Positions 9,078 to 19,098 of a DNA stretch of 64,000 nucleotides are shown here, piece after piece; position 1 is the first letter of the stretch; the number at the start of each line of letters is the position of its first letter. The position numbers and the translations under genes were made by a program. The stretch comes from Pseudomonadota bacterium (lineage in GTDB: Bacteria; Pseudomonadota; Gammaproteobacteria; GCA-002705445; GCA-002716945): NCBI GenBank assembly GCA_036140295.1, contig JAYZYL010000007.1, forward strand, positions 36,459 through 100,458. The letters are read 5' to 3'. Under the pieces are notes generated by a model. The model ran no database searches and was not told the origin of the DNA. It was given only the letters and a program-made list of their open reading frames with translations.

Positions 9078-10492
9078 TGCTTAACTTTATTTATAGGTTC
9101 TTAGTAATCAGCCTTGTTATTGGTATCTTCATAAATATCTTTGCAAATTTTATATTTAAGAAGACTAATCTAGAAAAAATACTTTCAAACAATGAAATCA
9201 CATTTGTTACAAAGATTGGGCCAACCACATATTATCAAAACAAAGGTGTTGCGACTGGTTTTGAGTATGATTTAATGAATGATTTTGCAAAATATATTGG
9301 AGTAAAGTTAAATATTGTTTCAGAAGAAAATATTGGCAAAATAATACAAAGTTTAGATAAAAATACTGCTGATATTGCCGTTGGCCTAATAGGAACCAAA
9401 TCAAAAAAGAAATTAGTAAAATTTAGTTATCCATACAATAGAATTGATCAAGTTTTGATATATAATTCTGATAAAAGAAAAAGACCTAAAAACATAAAAG
9501 ATATAATTTCAGGATCGATAGAAGTAATTAAATCAAGTAACCATGAAGAGACTTTAAGTACTCTTAAAAAGAATCACCCTAAACTAAAATGGATTTCTTT
9601 GGAAGACATAAATTCTGATGAATTAATAGAATTAGTAAATGAAGGTTTAATTGATTATACAATTATGAATTCAAATGAATATGATGTTTATAGTCAATTT
9701 TATCCAAATATAAAAATTGCGTTTAAATTAAGTTCTTCAGAACCTGTTGCGTGGGCTACATCATTATATGCTGATAATAGTCTTTCTACTAAATTAAAAG
9801 AATTCTTTGAGTATTCAGTTAATTCTAATAGAATAAATGTCCTTCTTGAAAAACATTTTGGACACCATGATGCGTTTTCATTTGTTGGTTCACGACAATT
9901 TCTAAAAGATATTGTAACTTATCTTCCTAAATATGAAGAAACTTTTCAGGAAGCTGGTCGAAAAAATGATCTTGATTGGAAATTATTGGCAAGCATAGCT
10001 TATCAAGAATCAAGATGGAGGAAAGACGCAGTCTCTTATACTGGAGTTAGAGGTTTAATGATGTTAACAAGACCTACCGCAAACGAATTAGGTTTAAAGG
10101 ATAGAACAGACCCTATAGAAAGTATACAGGGAGGAGCGCGATATCTTAAAAAACTATTAGTGAGATTTCCTGCTGAATTAAAAAATCCTGACAGGACTTG
10201 GTTTGCATTAGCCGCTTATAATTTAGGTTTTGGTCATGTAACTGATGCATTTGGATTAGCAAGAAATCAAAATAAAAATCCTTATAATTGGTTAGAAATG
10301 AAACCAATTCTTCTTCAGTTAAGTAAGTCTAAATATTATAAAACTACAAAGTATGGTTATGCGAGAGGTTGGGAAGCACTTAAGTATGTTCAAAATATTA
10401 GACAATATTATGATATCCTTGTATTCTTAGATGCGAAAGATGAGAACAAAAAATATAAAGAAATAAATGATAAAATACCACAATCACTCTAA
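9077..10492 (+). CDS. mltF: Membrane-bound lytic murein transglycosylase F-like
   Basis: 471-aa ORF with a hydrophobic N-terminus, a solute-binding-protein-like domain, and a C-terminal SLT domain carrying the catalytic IAYQESRW motif. Its start overlaps the rne stop (TAATG). Confidence 0.85.
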   Translation: MLNFIYRFLVISLVIGIFINIFANFIFKKTNLEKILSNNEITFVTKIGPTTYYQNKGVATGFEYDLMNDFAKYIGVKLNIVSEENIGKIIQSLDKNTADIAVGLIGTKSKKKLVKFSYPYNRIDQVLIYNSDKRKRPKNIKDIISGSIEVIKSSNHEETLSTLKKNHPKLKWISLEDINSDELIELVNEGLIDYTIMNSNEYDVYSQFYPNIKIAFKLSSSEPVAWATSLYADNSLSTKLKEFFEYSVNSNRINVLLEKHFGHHDAFSFVGSRQFLKDIVTYLPKYEETFQEAGRKNDLDWKLLASIAYQESRWRKDAVSYTGVRGLMMLTRPTANELGLKDRTDPIESIQGGARYLKKLLVRFPAELKNPDRTWFALAAYNLGFGHVTDAFGLARNQNKNPYNWLEMKPILLQLSKSKYYKTTKYGYARGWEALKYVQNIRQYYDILVFLDAKDENKKYKEINDKIPQSL

Positions 10493-10500
10493 AATTTATT

Positions 10501-11313
10501 ATGGATAAAAAGATACAGCTAATTCATGATGCCTTTAATTCTCCAGATCACAGCTCAATTACTGATGATGTCAAAGCAATTGTAAACGAAACAATTCAAG
10601 ACTTAGGTGCTGGTAAAATAAGAGTAGCAAAAAAAATTGATGGTGAATGGATTGTGAATCAATGGGTAAAGAAGGCAATTCTATTATCTTTCAGAATTAA
10701 TCAAAATAAAATCGTTGATGCAGGTTACACGCAATTTTATGACAAACTAGATTCTAGATTTTTAAATTTAAAAGAAAACTACTTTAAAGAAAATAATATA
10801 AGAGTAGTTCCTCAGGCAATAGCTAGAGAAGGATCATATATAGGAAAAGATGTAATATTAATGCCTTCATATGTCAATATTGGAGCCTATGTTGATTCTG
10901 GGACAATGGTAGATACATGGGCAACCGTGGGTTCATGCGCACAAATAGGTAAGAATGTTCATTTATCTGGTGGAGTGGGTATTGGGGGAGTTCTTGAGCC
11001 TCTTCAAGCAAATCCAACTATTATTGAAGACGGATGCTTTATTGGAGCTAGATCTGAAATAGTAGAAGGAGTAATTGTTGAAAAAAATTCTGTAATTTCT
11101 ATGGGAGTATATATTGGTAAGAGTACAAAGATTTATGATAGGGAAACTGAAGAAATTACATATGGATTAATTCCTGAAGGTTCCGTAGTTGTATCTGGAT
11201 CATTACCGTCAAAAGATGGAAAATATAATTTATATTGTGCTGTGATAGTAAAGAAGGTGGATGAAGGGACAAAAAAGAAAGTAAGCATCAATGAAATTCT
11301 GAGAGAAGCTTAA
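10501..11313 (+). CDS. dapD: 2,3,4,5-tetrahydropyridine-2,6-dicarboxylate N-succinyltransferase
   Basis: 270-aa ORF that is near-identical over long runs to E. coli DapD as I recall it ([57 protein letters not shown]). Confidence 0.96.
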   Translation: MDKKIQLIHDAFNSPDHSSITDDVKAIVNETIQDLGAGKIRVAKKIDGEWIVNQWVKKAILLSFRINQNKIVDAGYTQFYDKLDSRFLNLKENYFKENNIRVVPQAIAREGSYIGKDVILMPSYVNIGAYVDSGTMVDTWATVGSCAQIGKNVHLSGGVGIGGVLEPLQANPTIIEDGCFIGARSEIVEGVIVEKNSVISMGVYIGKSTKIYDRETEEITYGLIPEGSVVVSGSLPSKDGKYNLYCAVIVKKVDEGTKKKVSINEILREA

Positions 11314-13306
11314 ATAAACCATCTGATTTAATAATATCTATATTCAAATCTAATGCCTTCTTATATTTTGAACCCGGATTTTTTCCAGCAATAAGAGCCG
11401 TAGTTTTTTTTGAAATAGAATTACTTACAGAAGCACCCTTTTCTAATAGAGCCTGTTTAAGCTCTTCTCTGGTAAAATTTTCAAAGGTTCCCGTAATTAC
11501 ATAAGAATTGTTTTGATTCTTATTTTTAACTTTTTGTTTAATATAATTAATCTTTAATCCATTTTTTATCAATTTATTTACCATATTTACATTGGTCTTA
11601 TGGGAAAAGAATTCCAATATATTATCTGAAACAATAGGTCCAATATCTTTAATGTTTTCTAAATCATCTCTATTTGCTTTAATTAAATAATCAATCGTCT
11701 GAAAATTTTCACTAAGGATTCGTGCAATTGTTTCTCCAACTTCTTTAATTCCAAGTGCATATATAAATTTTTCAAATTTTGTATCTTTAGATTTATGAAT
11801 AGAATTAAAAATATTTTTTGCTGATTTTTCAGCCATACGTTCAAGAGATAATATATCTTCATAGCTAAGTGAAAATAGATCAGAATAATTTTCAATTTTT
11901 TTCTTGTTTAATAATTGCTCTATGATACTATCTCCGAGGCCAATTATATTCATTGCTTTTCTTGATGAGAAATGAATTATTGATTGACTAACTTGTGGAA
12001 AACAAGAATTATGATTACTACATATATAAAATGATTGCCCTTTGATTTTCATAATATTTGTTTTACACGCTGGGCATTTCTTTAACATTTTAATTTTAGT
12101 ATTTTCTGGTAGTCGTTTTGAAAGGAGAACTCTATCAACTTCAGGTATAACATCTCCTGCTCTTTTCACATAAACATAGTCACCAATTCGAATATCTTTT
12201 TTTTCAATTTCATCCATGTTATGTAGGCTTGCCCTGCTGACAGTTACTCCTCCTATATTCACTGCCTCTAATTCTGCAACTGGTGTTATTATTCCAGTCC
12301 TTCCAACTTGAAAGGTAACATCATTGAGTTTTGTAACTTTCTCGGTTGATTGAAACTTATAAGCAATTGACCATTTAGGTGCTTTTGCTGTCTCTCCTAA
12401 AATCTTGTGAAAGTTAAGATCATCAACTTTGTAGACAATACCGTCAATTTCATACGGAAGATTTTCTCTTTCCATTTTTATTTTTTCATAATAAAGGCAT
12501 GCCTCTTCGTAATTTTTTGTTAATTGGTTTAGCTTGCATACTCTAAACCCCATTTTCTCAACCTCTTTCATTAGGCTTGAATGATTTTTTTCTTTAAAAC
12601 CTGTTCCTGTATTTGCAATGCCGTGAATAAAAATTTGAAGATTTCGTTCAGCAGCAACTTTTGGATCTAATTGCCTAATACTCCCTGCCGCAACATTTCT
12701 TGGATTAGCATAAGGCTTTTCATCAACTTTAAGCAGCTGATTATTAAGGTTATTAAAATCCCTTTTATTCATAAAAATCTCACCTCGAAGAGTTATATGT
12801 TTGGATAACAAGTTTTTTGATATTTTAATAGGTAAAGATTTGATTGTTTTAACATTCGAGGTAACATCTTCTCCTATTTTCCCATCCCCTCTCGTGACAG
12901 CAGAAAAAAGTTTCCCGTCATGATATTCAATACTTACTGCAAGCCCATCAAATTTAGGTTCAGCAAATAAAGGAATCTCATTCTGTTTAATATTTTCTTG
13001 TAATTTTATATAAAATTTCTCAAAATCATCTGCATTTGATGCGTTAGATAATGATAGCATTGGAAATTTATGAGTAATTTTTGAAAAGCCACCTAATAAT
13101 TTATCCCCTATTCTTCTAGTTGGAGAGTTTTCATTTTGATATTCAGGATATGAGCTTTCAAGTTCTTTTAATTCTTTATACAGTTTGTCATACTTTTTAT
13201 CACTAATTTTAGGATTATCATATGTGTGGTACTGCTCATTATGATAATTAATTTCTTTAATTAAGTATTTTATACGACTAGATATTTTTTTTTCATCTTT
13301 CGGCAT
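11288..13306 (-). CDS. ligA: NAD-dependent DNA ligase
   Basis: 672-aa ORF with adenylation motif [10 protein letters not shown], a Cys4 zinc finger (CPACKT...C), HhH repeats, and a C-terminal BRCT domain (VITGTF...[19 protein letters not shown]). Confidence 0.95.
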   Translation of the reverse strand: MPKDEKKISSRIKYLIKEINYHNEQYHTYDNPKISDKKYDKLYKELKELESSYPEYQNENSPTRRIGDKLLGGFSKITHKFPMLSLSNASNADDFEKFYIKLQENIKQNEIPLFAEPKFDGLAVSIEYHDGKLFSAVTRGDGKIGEDVTSNVKTIKSLPIKISKNLLSKHITLRGEIFMNKRDFNNLNNQLLKVDEKPYANPRNVAAGSIRQLDPKVAAERNLQIFIHGIANTGTGFKEKNHSSLMKEVEKMGFRVCKLNQLTKNYEEACLYYEKIKMERENLPYEIDGIVYKVDDLNFHKILGETAKAPKWSIAYKFQSTEKVTKLNDVTFQVGRTGIITPVAELEAVNIGGVTVSRASLHNMDEIEKKDIRIGDYVYVKRAGDVIPEVDRVLLSKRLPENTKIKMLKKCPACKTNIMKIKGQSFYICSNHNSCFPQVSQSIIHFSSRKAMNIIGLGDSIIEQLLNKKKIENYSDLFSLSYEDILSLERMAEKSAKNIFNSIHKSKDTKFEKFIYALGIKEVGETIARILSENFQTIDYLIKANRDDLENIKDIGPIVSDNILEFFSHKTNVNMVNKLIKNGLKINYIKQKVKNKNQNNSYVITGTFENFTREELKQALLEKGASVSNSISKKTTALIAGKNPGSKYKKALDLNIDIIKSDGLFKLLSEFH

Positions 13307-13317
13307 TTTACCGATAC

Positions 13318-16146
13318 CTATTTTCTAAAACTTTGAGGGACCTTTTGTTCAGCATTCATAGCTATTGCCTCTCGTACATTTACAGAAACAAGCTTTGAAA
13401 CTCCAGCTTCACGCATTGTTACTCCTGATAGAACATCCGCAAGTTCCATTGTAGATTTATTATGTGTTATGAAAATAAATTGAACTTGTTCAGACATTTC
13501 TTTAACCATAGTACAAAACCTTGAATTGTTTCCTTCATCCAAAGGAGCATCAACTTCATCTAGAAGACAAAAAGGTGCGGGGTTAATTTTAAAAATAGAA
13601 AATACAAATGCTGTTCCTGTTCCTGCTTTTTCACCTCCTGAGAGTAGACTTATATTTTTTACTAATTTCCCTGGAGGTCTTGCTTTGATAGTAACACCAG
13701 TATTTAACAAATCTTTCTCATCCATCTCAAGATAAGATATTCCTCCACCAAATATTTTTGGAAAAAAGTACTTAAGATTATTATTTATCTGATCAAAAAT
13801 TTCTTTAAATTTTGATTTTGTATCATTATCAATTTTTTTAATTGCCGATTCTAACGTGCTGACTGATTTTGATAAATCATCGTATTGTTTATCCAAATAT
13901 TTTTTCCTTTCTTCCTGCTCCTTTAATTCATCAATAGCCGCAAGATTAATTGCTCCTAAATTATCAGCTTTAGTTTTTGTCTTCTCGAGATCCTTCTCTA
14001 AATCATCAATATCTAGAGAAGAATCAACTAATGTTATAGCTTTTTCAATTTCATTTGCAGGAACTTCCATATTTTCTTTTAGTGAATTTCTTTGAGCATT
14101 TTTTTCACCCAATAAAATCTTTTTATTTTCTAATTCCTCTCCTATTTCCGAAATAGTGACATTAATTGTTTGCTTCTCTAATTCGAAATCTTTTATTTTT
14201 TTATCGGATAATGCTAAATTATCTCTCGCAGAAGTTAATTCACTCTCTTTATCATTTTTGTCTGTTAATAATTCTTTCAGTTTTTTCTGCATTTCTCCTG
14301 AGGCAGTTTCAGGAATATTAACTTCAGATAAAATTTTCTGCTTTCTAGATTCAATGCTCTTTTTTTCTTCTATATAACGATCTATATTTGAAATTATTGA
14401 AGATTGTTCAGTTTTAAGAGTAGAAATAGAGATATTTATTTTATTTAACTCATTTTGAGTTTCATCAAATTTCCAAACTATCTTATCAGTCATTTGTTTA
14501 AGCTCAATTTTTTCTTTCTCCATTTTACTCTTTAATTTATTATCTTCCTCAATTTGTTTTTGCAATCCCTCAAGATTAGAGTTTGCTTCTTTAAGAAGTT
14601 TTTCATAGTCTTCTATCTTAGTTTTAATATCATCAATTTCCTCTTGTTGCGATCTAACCAAAAGCTTTATTTGAGTAAAAAGTAATTTAAATTTTTGTAT
14701 GATGATTGAAATACTTTTTGGGATTTGCATTAATGTTTTATTATTTTCTTCTTTAGAAAGTTTCAATCTTTCAAAATCAATAAGGATAGCTGAAAGTTTT
14801 TCTTTAATATCACTTGCATCTGTTAATATAATGCTTTTTTGGTCAAGTTTTTTATTTTGCTCTGGACTTGTATCAGATTTCAATATTTTAAGCCTTCTAT
14901 TAAGAGCATCAATTGATTTTTGGTATGATTCTATTTTAGTTTTTTCAATTTCATATTTATTAATAGTTTCTGATTGTTTACTCAAGAAATCATTAAATTT
15001 AGTTTGCCAATTTTGTAATGCAAAGCTTGAGTTTGATTTTTCAGTAGTAAATTCTTTAATTTTTTTATCTGCACCAAATAATTCTTCATTTTTCTTCTCA
15101 ATCTCCTTATTTATTTCATCATTTTTTCTTTTATTATCATTTTCAAATTTAACTATTTCCTCAAATGATGAATTAATTTCATCTAATCTTGACTGTCTTG
15201 ATGACTCTGTCTCTTGACTGTGTTCTATATCTTTTTCGCATTTTGCTATTTCGCTACCTATATGATAAAAATCTGACTGTACTTTGTTAAATCTATCTTG
15301 CTCATCATTCCTTTTTTGCTTTTCTTCCTCAATTAGTCTATCCCTATTACTCAACTCAGCATTATTTTTTTCTTTTTTTATAACCTCTTTGCTAATTTCT
15401 TTTTCAATATTTAAAACATCAGTATCAAATTGTTTCCATTTTAAAGCTATTATGTCTAGTTTAAGCTTCCGTTCTTTTGCTTTATATTCCTTATAAGAAT
15501 TTGCTGCGCTCGCTTGTCTTTGTAGCTTCCCTAGTTGTGAATTTATTTCTTTCATTACGTCATTCAATCTACTTAAATTATCTTTTGTATGTTTAAGTTT
15601 TATTTCTGTTTCTCTTCTTTTTTCTTTATATTTACTTATGCCCGCTGCTTCTTCTAAGTAAGTTCTTAGTTCGTCTGGTTTCGATTCAACCAATCGCGAG
15701 ATCATTCCTTGTTCAATTATTGCGTAACTACGTGGGCCTAATCCTGTTCCCAAAAAAACCTCTCTAATATCTTTTCTTCTGCATCTTGTGTTATTGAGAA
15801 AGTAATCAGAGATACCATCTCTTGAGACCTCTCTCCTGATAACAATTTCATTAAATTTTGCAAATTTTAAGTCTAGGGTATTTGTTGAATTATCAAAATA
15901 AAGCTCCACATTTGCTTTACCAACAGGTGCTCTTGAGGATGATCCAGAAAAAATAACATCTTCCATAGAATCACCTCTAAGGTTCTTTGCTGATGCTTCT
16001 CCCATCACCCATCGTATAGCATCAACAATATTGGATTTTCCGCATCCATTTGGCCCTATAACGCCAGTTAGATTGCTTGGGAAGCTTAATGTCGTTGGGT
16101 CTACAAAAGTCTTGAAGCCTGCTAATTTTATTTTTGTGAGACGCAT
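13318..16146 (-). CDS. smc: Chromosome partition protein SMC, unusually short (942 aa) with no recognisable hinge
   Basis: Walker A GPNGCGKSN, the SMC N-head (IRWVMGE, YAIIEQGMIS, EEAAGISKYKEKR), signature LSGGEKA, Walker B FCLLDEVDAPLDE, and the D-loop/H-loop region FIFITHNK. About 570 aa of K/E-rich coiled coil lie in between. Confidence 0.88.
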   Translation of the reverse strand: MRLTKIKLAGFKTFVDPTTLSFPSNLTGVIGPNGCGKSNIVDAIRWVMGEASAKNLRGDSMEDVIFSGSSSRAPVGKANVELYFDNSTNTLDLKFAKFNEIVIRREVSRDGISDYFLNNTRCRRKDIREVFLGTGLGPRSYAIIEQGMISRLVESKPDELRTYLEEAAGISKYKEKRRETEIKLKHTKDNLSRLNDVMKEINSQLGKLQRQASAANSYKEYKAKERKLKLDIIALKWKQFDTDVLNIEKEISKEVIKKEKNNAELSNRDRLIEEEKQKRNDEQDRFNKVQSDFYHIGSEIAKCEKDIEHSQETESSRQSRLDEINSSFEEIVKFENDNKRKNDEINKEIEKKNEELFGADKKIKEFTTEKSNSSFALQNWQTKFNDFLSKQSETINKYEIEKTKIESYQKSIDALNRRLKILKSDTSPEQNKKLDQKSIILTDASDIKEKLSAILIDFERLKLSKEENNKTLMQIPKSISIIIQKFKLLFTQIKLLVRSQQEEIDDIKTKIEDYEKLLKEANSNLEGLQKQIEEDNKLKSKMEKEKIELKQMTDKIVWKFDETQNELNKINISISTLKTEQSSIISNIDRYIEEKKSIESRKQKILSEVNIPETASGEMQKKLKELLTDKNDKESELTSARDNLALSDKKIKDFELEKQTINVTISEIGEELENKKILLGEKNAQRNSLKENMEVPANEIEKAITLVDSSLDIDDLEKDLEKTKTKADNLGAINLAAIDELKEQEERKKYLDKQYDDLSKSVSTLESAIKKIDNDTKSKFKEIFDQINNNLKYFFPKIFGGGISYLEMDEKDLLNTGVTIKARPPGKLVKNISLLSGGEKAGTGTAFVFSIFKINPAPFCLLDEVDAPLDEGNNSRFCTMVKEMSEQVQFIFITHNKSTMELADVLSGVTMREAGVSKLVSVNVREAIAMNAEQKVPQSFRK

Positions 16147-16209
16147 GATACCTACATTCGATTATAATATTTTCTTTGTTATAATACTACTATCCGGAGT
16201 TGCTATAAA

Positions 16210-16599
16210 ATGACATCAGAAAAAAAGCTACTTGACACTTTTGAAAACCCTCAAAAAATTGAAGATTATCTTATTGATATGAAAATACCCGAATTTACCT
16301 GTTTATGCCCTTTAACGTCACAACCAGATTTTGCTGAATTTTTGATAAATTACATTCCAGATAATTTATGTGTTGAATTAAAGTCACTTAAATTATATAT
16401 GGGAGCATTTAGAGATAAAGGAGCATTTCATGAGGATGTCACAAATATGATTCTTAATGATTTGTCACAATTAATTAAACCCAGATATATGTCTGTGACG
16501 GGGTTCTGGAAAGTGAGAGGAGGAATAATAACTACTGTTATTACAAAATATATAAAACCTGGCTGGAAAGATTCGAACAAACTGGTCTCCAATGTATAA
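16210..16599 (+). CDS. queF: NADPH-dependent 7-cyano-7-deazaguanine (preQ0) reductase, type I
   Basis: 129-aa ORF with the catalytic Cys context EFTCLCPLTSQPDFAEF and the QueF motif ELKSLKLYMGAFR. GGAG lies upstream of the ATG. Confidence 0.9.
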   Translation: MTSEKKLLDTFENPQKIEDYLIDMKIPEFTCLCPLTSQPDFAEFLINYIPDNLCVELKSLKLYMGAFRDKGAFHEDVTNMILNDLSQLIKPRYMSVTGFWKVRGGIITTVITKYIKPGWKDSNKLVSNV

Positions 16600-17422
16600 A
16601 GGATTTCTTAGGAAAATTGGATATCTATTTATATTTTTCTCTCCCGTAATACTTAATGCATCACCAATTTTTCAAAAAGAGTTTTTTAATATTCAGGGAG
16701 GAATATATCTCCATGAAATCAATGAAAAAGAGTATTTTGATGGATATACATTGAATGGTAAAAATCTACTTACTATAAAAAAGAATGATAGATTTTATTT
16801 AATTTATGGAATTCCTTATGGAATATCCCCAGGGGTTAAAGAAATTATAATTTCTAATGTAAATTCAAAGAAAAGTCTTAAATTAACTATAAATAAAACA
16901 AAATTTGGTAGGCAAGATATTACTGTCTCAAAAACCTATACAAAACCATCAGAGAAAAATATTGAAAGGATTATAAAAGAGAAAAATATTATATCGAAGT
17001 ATAGAAATACATGGTCTAAAAGAGATCCAGACATAGAGTTTATTTATCCTGTGAAGGGGAGAGTTACAGGAGTATTTGGTACTGAGCGTTACTACAATGG
17101 AGAAAAAGGCCGTTATCATAATGGAATCGATATCGCAGCATCAATAAACACTGCCATTGTTGCTCCTTCATCTGGAAAAGTAATTCTAACAGGGGATTTC
17201 TTTTATAACGGAAAATTTGTTTATATAGATCATGGGAAAGGTTTGTTGAGTGTATTTATTCATTTAAATGAAATAAATACAAGCCAAGGTAAGTTTGTCA
17301 AAAAAGGTGAACTAATTGGAAAAATAGGATCTACCGGTAGATCAACAGGCCCTCATGTTCATTGGTCTGTAATTTTGAATCAGAATTATGTCAATCCAAT
17401 GGTTTTCTTAACAAATAATTAA
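16592..17422 (+). CDS. M23 family (LytM-type) metallopeptidase, exported
   Basis: 276-aa ORF with a hydrophobic N-terminus (GYLFIFFSPVILNA) and zinc ligand motifs HNGIDIAA and GSTGRSTGPHVHWSV. It overlaps queF by 8 nt. Confidence 0.85.
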   Translation: MYKGFLRKIGYLFIFFSPVILNASPIFQKEFFNIQGGIYLHEINEKEYFDGYTLNGKNLLTIKKNDRFYLIYGIPYGISPGVKEIIISNVNSKKSLKLTINKTKFGRQDITVSKTYTKPSEKNIERIIKEKNIISKYRNTWSKRDPDIEFIYPVKGRVTGVFGTERYYNGEKGRYHNGIDIAASINTAIVAPSSGKVILTGDFFYNGKFVYIDHGKGLLSVFIHLNEINTSQGKFVKKGELIGKIGSTGRSTGPHVHWSVILNQNYVNPMVFLTNN

Positions 17423-17493
17423 AAGATAAACCTTGAAGGTTATATAAATAAATAGGAAAATACTAATGAAATACAATTATGGAGGGGTATAAA

Positions 17494-17766
17494 ATGCCAC
17501 AATATGTAATAGAAAGAGATATTCCAGGCGCTGGTGATCTTGGATCAGAAGATCTTAAAGGGATTTCACAAAAATCATGTGGAATATTAAAAGACATGGG
17601 CACAGGAATCGAATGGGTTCACAGCTATGTAACAGGCGATAAAGTTTATTGCGTTTACAATGCTGACAATGAACAACTCATTAAAGACCATGCTGAGACA
17701 GGAGGATTTCCTGCAAACAGAATCTCAGAAGTTAAAAATATTATCAGCCCAAAAACTGCTGAATAA
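17494..17766 (+). CDS. Small DUF4242-like protein (SCO4226/nickel-binding-like fold), function unknown
   Basis: The ORF track gives 17479-17766. I prefer the ATG at 17494 (MPQYVIERDIPGAG...), because the GGAGGGG at 17482-17488 is then a well-spaced Shine-Dalgarno. The MPQYVIERD...GDKVYCVY pattern matches my recollection of DUF4242. Confidence 0.7.
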   Translation: MPQYVIERDIPGAGDLGSEDLKGISQKSCGILKDMGTGIEWVHSYVTGDKVYCVYNADNEQLIKDHAETGGFPANRISEVKNIISPKTAE

Positions 17767-17777
17767 TTTTATTAAAA

Positions 17778-17810
17778 AGAACCCATTTAATTAAATGGGT
17801 TCTCTTTTTT
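17778..17810. terminator. Bidirectional rho-independent terminator shared by the DUF4242 gene (+) and der (-)
   Basis: A perfect 26-nt palindrome AGAACCCATTTAATTAAATGGGTTCT spans 17778-17803. It is followed by CTTTTTT on the + strand and preceded by an A-run that gives a T-tract on the - strand. The der stop codon (17791-17793) lies at the centre of the palindrome (loop/start of the right arm). Confidence 0.8.
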
Positions 17811-19098
17811 GCGAAAACTTTAATTCCAAAGGAACACCTATTAAATTAAGCTTTTTTGAAAAGAAGCTAGCTAAATATTTTTGATAAGACAAAGAAATAT
17901 TTTTTGTCCCATTTCCATATATATAGATAATTAATTCTTTTAGTTTTCCTTGTTGGGCAAATTTCAATTTTGGCCTTTTTTTATTAAATATTGGTGGTTC
18001 ATGATCATTAACGGCTTCATATAAAATTTTAGTTAATTCAGATGATTTATATCTTTTTTGAATTAATTTTGAAATACCAATAATTAAATTCATAACATTT
18101 TTTATATTTTTTCTTTTTAAGGCTGATACAAAAGTATATGGAGCGTTATATGTTATGTTTGAGAAATAATTAGCATCTTTTTTTAAATTCTTTATAGCTT
18201 CTTGTGAAATATTATCAATTTTATTAAAAATAATTAAAAATGGTTTATTATATTTTTTTATGAGGCTTAATATTATTTTATCCTGTTTTGTAATTCCATC
18301 TTCTGCATCTAATATCAAAAGACAGATATCTGTATTTTTAATAGTTTCTATGGTTGATGCCATGCTAAATTTTTGAATTATACTAATTCTTTTTCCTTTT
18401 CTTAATAAACCGGCTGTATCATAAAGTAAGTAAATATTTCTTTTAATCATAAATTCTATTTTGACTGAATCTAAGGTTGTGCCAGAATTTTTTGAAACAA
18501 TCATTTTATCGTCTTTAATTATTGTATTAATTAAAGTAGATTTTCCAACATTGGGTCTGCCAATTAAAGACACCTTTGTGTGTTTTTTTTCAAATCCAAT
18601 TTCTTCCGCAGTTAATATTTCAAATATCTTAGATTTTAATTCTGATATTCCTAAGTTTGATTTTGCAGAAATCAAAAATACATCTTTAAAGCCAAGTTTA
18701 TATAATTGATCTAGATTATCTTGTTTAGAAAGCAAATCATTCTTATTGATTATAAGGAAAACTTTCTTGTTTTGTTTTCGTATTAATTTAGAAATTTCAG
18801 AATCTTTTGAAGTTAAACCTTCACTACATGATGTTATAAATAATACTAATGAACTATTTCTTATAGATTTAATTATTTTTGAATTTACTTGCTCACTAAG
18901 TGGATCTGTTTTATCTAGAAAACCTCCTGTATCTTCTACTAAAATTCTCTTTCCTTTGGAATCAATAAATCCTGTATTTATATCTCTCGTAATTCCGTGA
19001 TGATCAATCACCAATGATTTTCTTGATTTAACAAGCTTATTGAAGAGCAGAGATTTTCCTACATTAGTTCTACCAACTAAAGAAATCAAATTTTTCAT
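17791..19098 (-). CDS. der: Ribosome-biogenesis GTPase Der (EngA), tandem GTPase domains
   Basis: Two G domains (GRTNVGKSLLFN and GRPNVGKSTLIN) plus a KH-like C-terminus. The track ORF extends to 19137. I place the start at Met14 (MKNLISLVGRTNVGKS) by analogy with the Der N-terminus. Confidence 0.9.
   Translation of the reverse strand: MKNLISLVGRTNVGKSLLFNKLVKSRKSLVIDHHGITRDINTGFIDSKGKRILVEDTGGFLDKTDPLSEQVNSKIIKSIRNSSLVLFITSCSEGLTSKDSEISKLIRKQNKKVFLIINKNDLLSKQDNLDQLYKLGFKDVFLISAKSNLGISELKSKIFEILTAEEIGFEKKHTKVSLIGRPNVGKSTLINTIIKDDKMIVSKNSGTTLDSVKIEFMIKRNIYLLYDTAGLLRKGKRISIIQKFSMASTIETIKNTDICLLILDAEDGITKQDKIILSLIKKYNKPFLIIFNKIDNISQEAIKNLKKDANYFSNITYNAPYTFVSALKRKNIKNVMNLIIGISKLIQKRYKSSELTKILYEAVNDHEPPIFNKKRPKLKFAQQGKLKELIIYIYGNGTKNISLSYQKYLASFFSKKLNLIGVPLELKFSQKREPI

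Noticed and set aside
13526-15496. Several + strand ORFs (69-172 aa, e.g. 14699-15217) lie antisense to smc, with F/S/L/I-rich low-complexity translations.
   Set aside because: They are the mirror image of a K/E-rich coiled-coil gene: the reverse complements of AAA and GAA give Phe codons. They have no recognisable domains, no RBS, and lie entirely inside a well-supported gene.
16147-16209. I looked for a preQ1 riboswitch upstream of queF.
   Set aside because: The 63-nt divergent spacer shows no preQ1-I-like stem plus A-rich tail or conserved core that I can recognise. It mostly contains TATAAT-like boxes for two divergent promoters. queF is usually not riboswitch-controlled in gammaproteobacteria.
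17429-17441. The inverted repeat AACCTT-G-AAGGTT after the M23 peptidase gene looked like a possible terminator.
   Set aside because: The loop would be too small, the effective stem is only 4-5 bp, and no T-tract follows.
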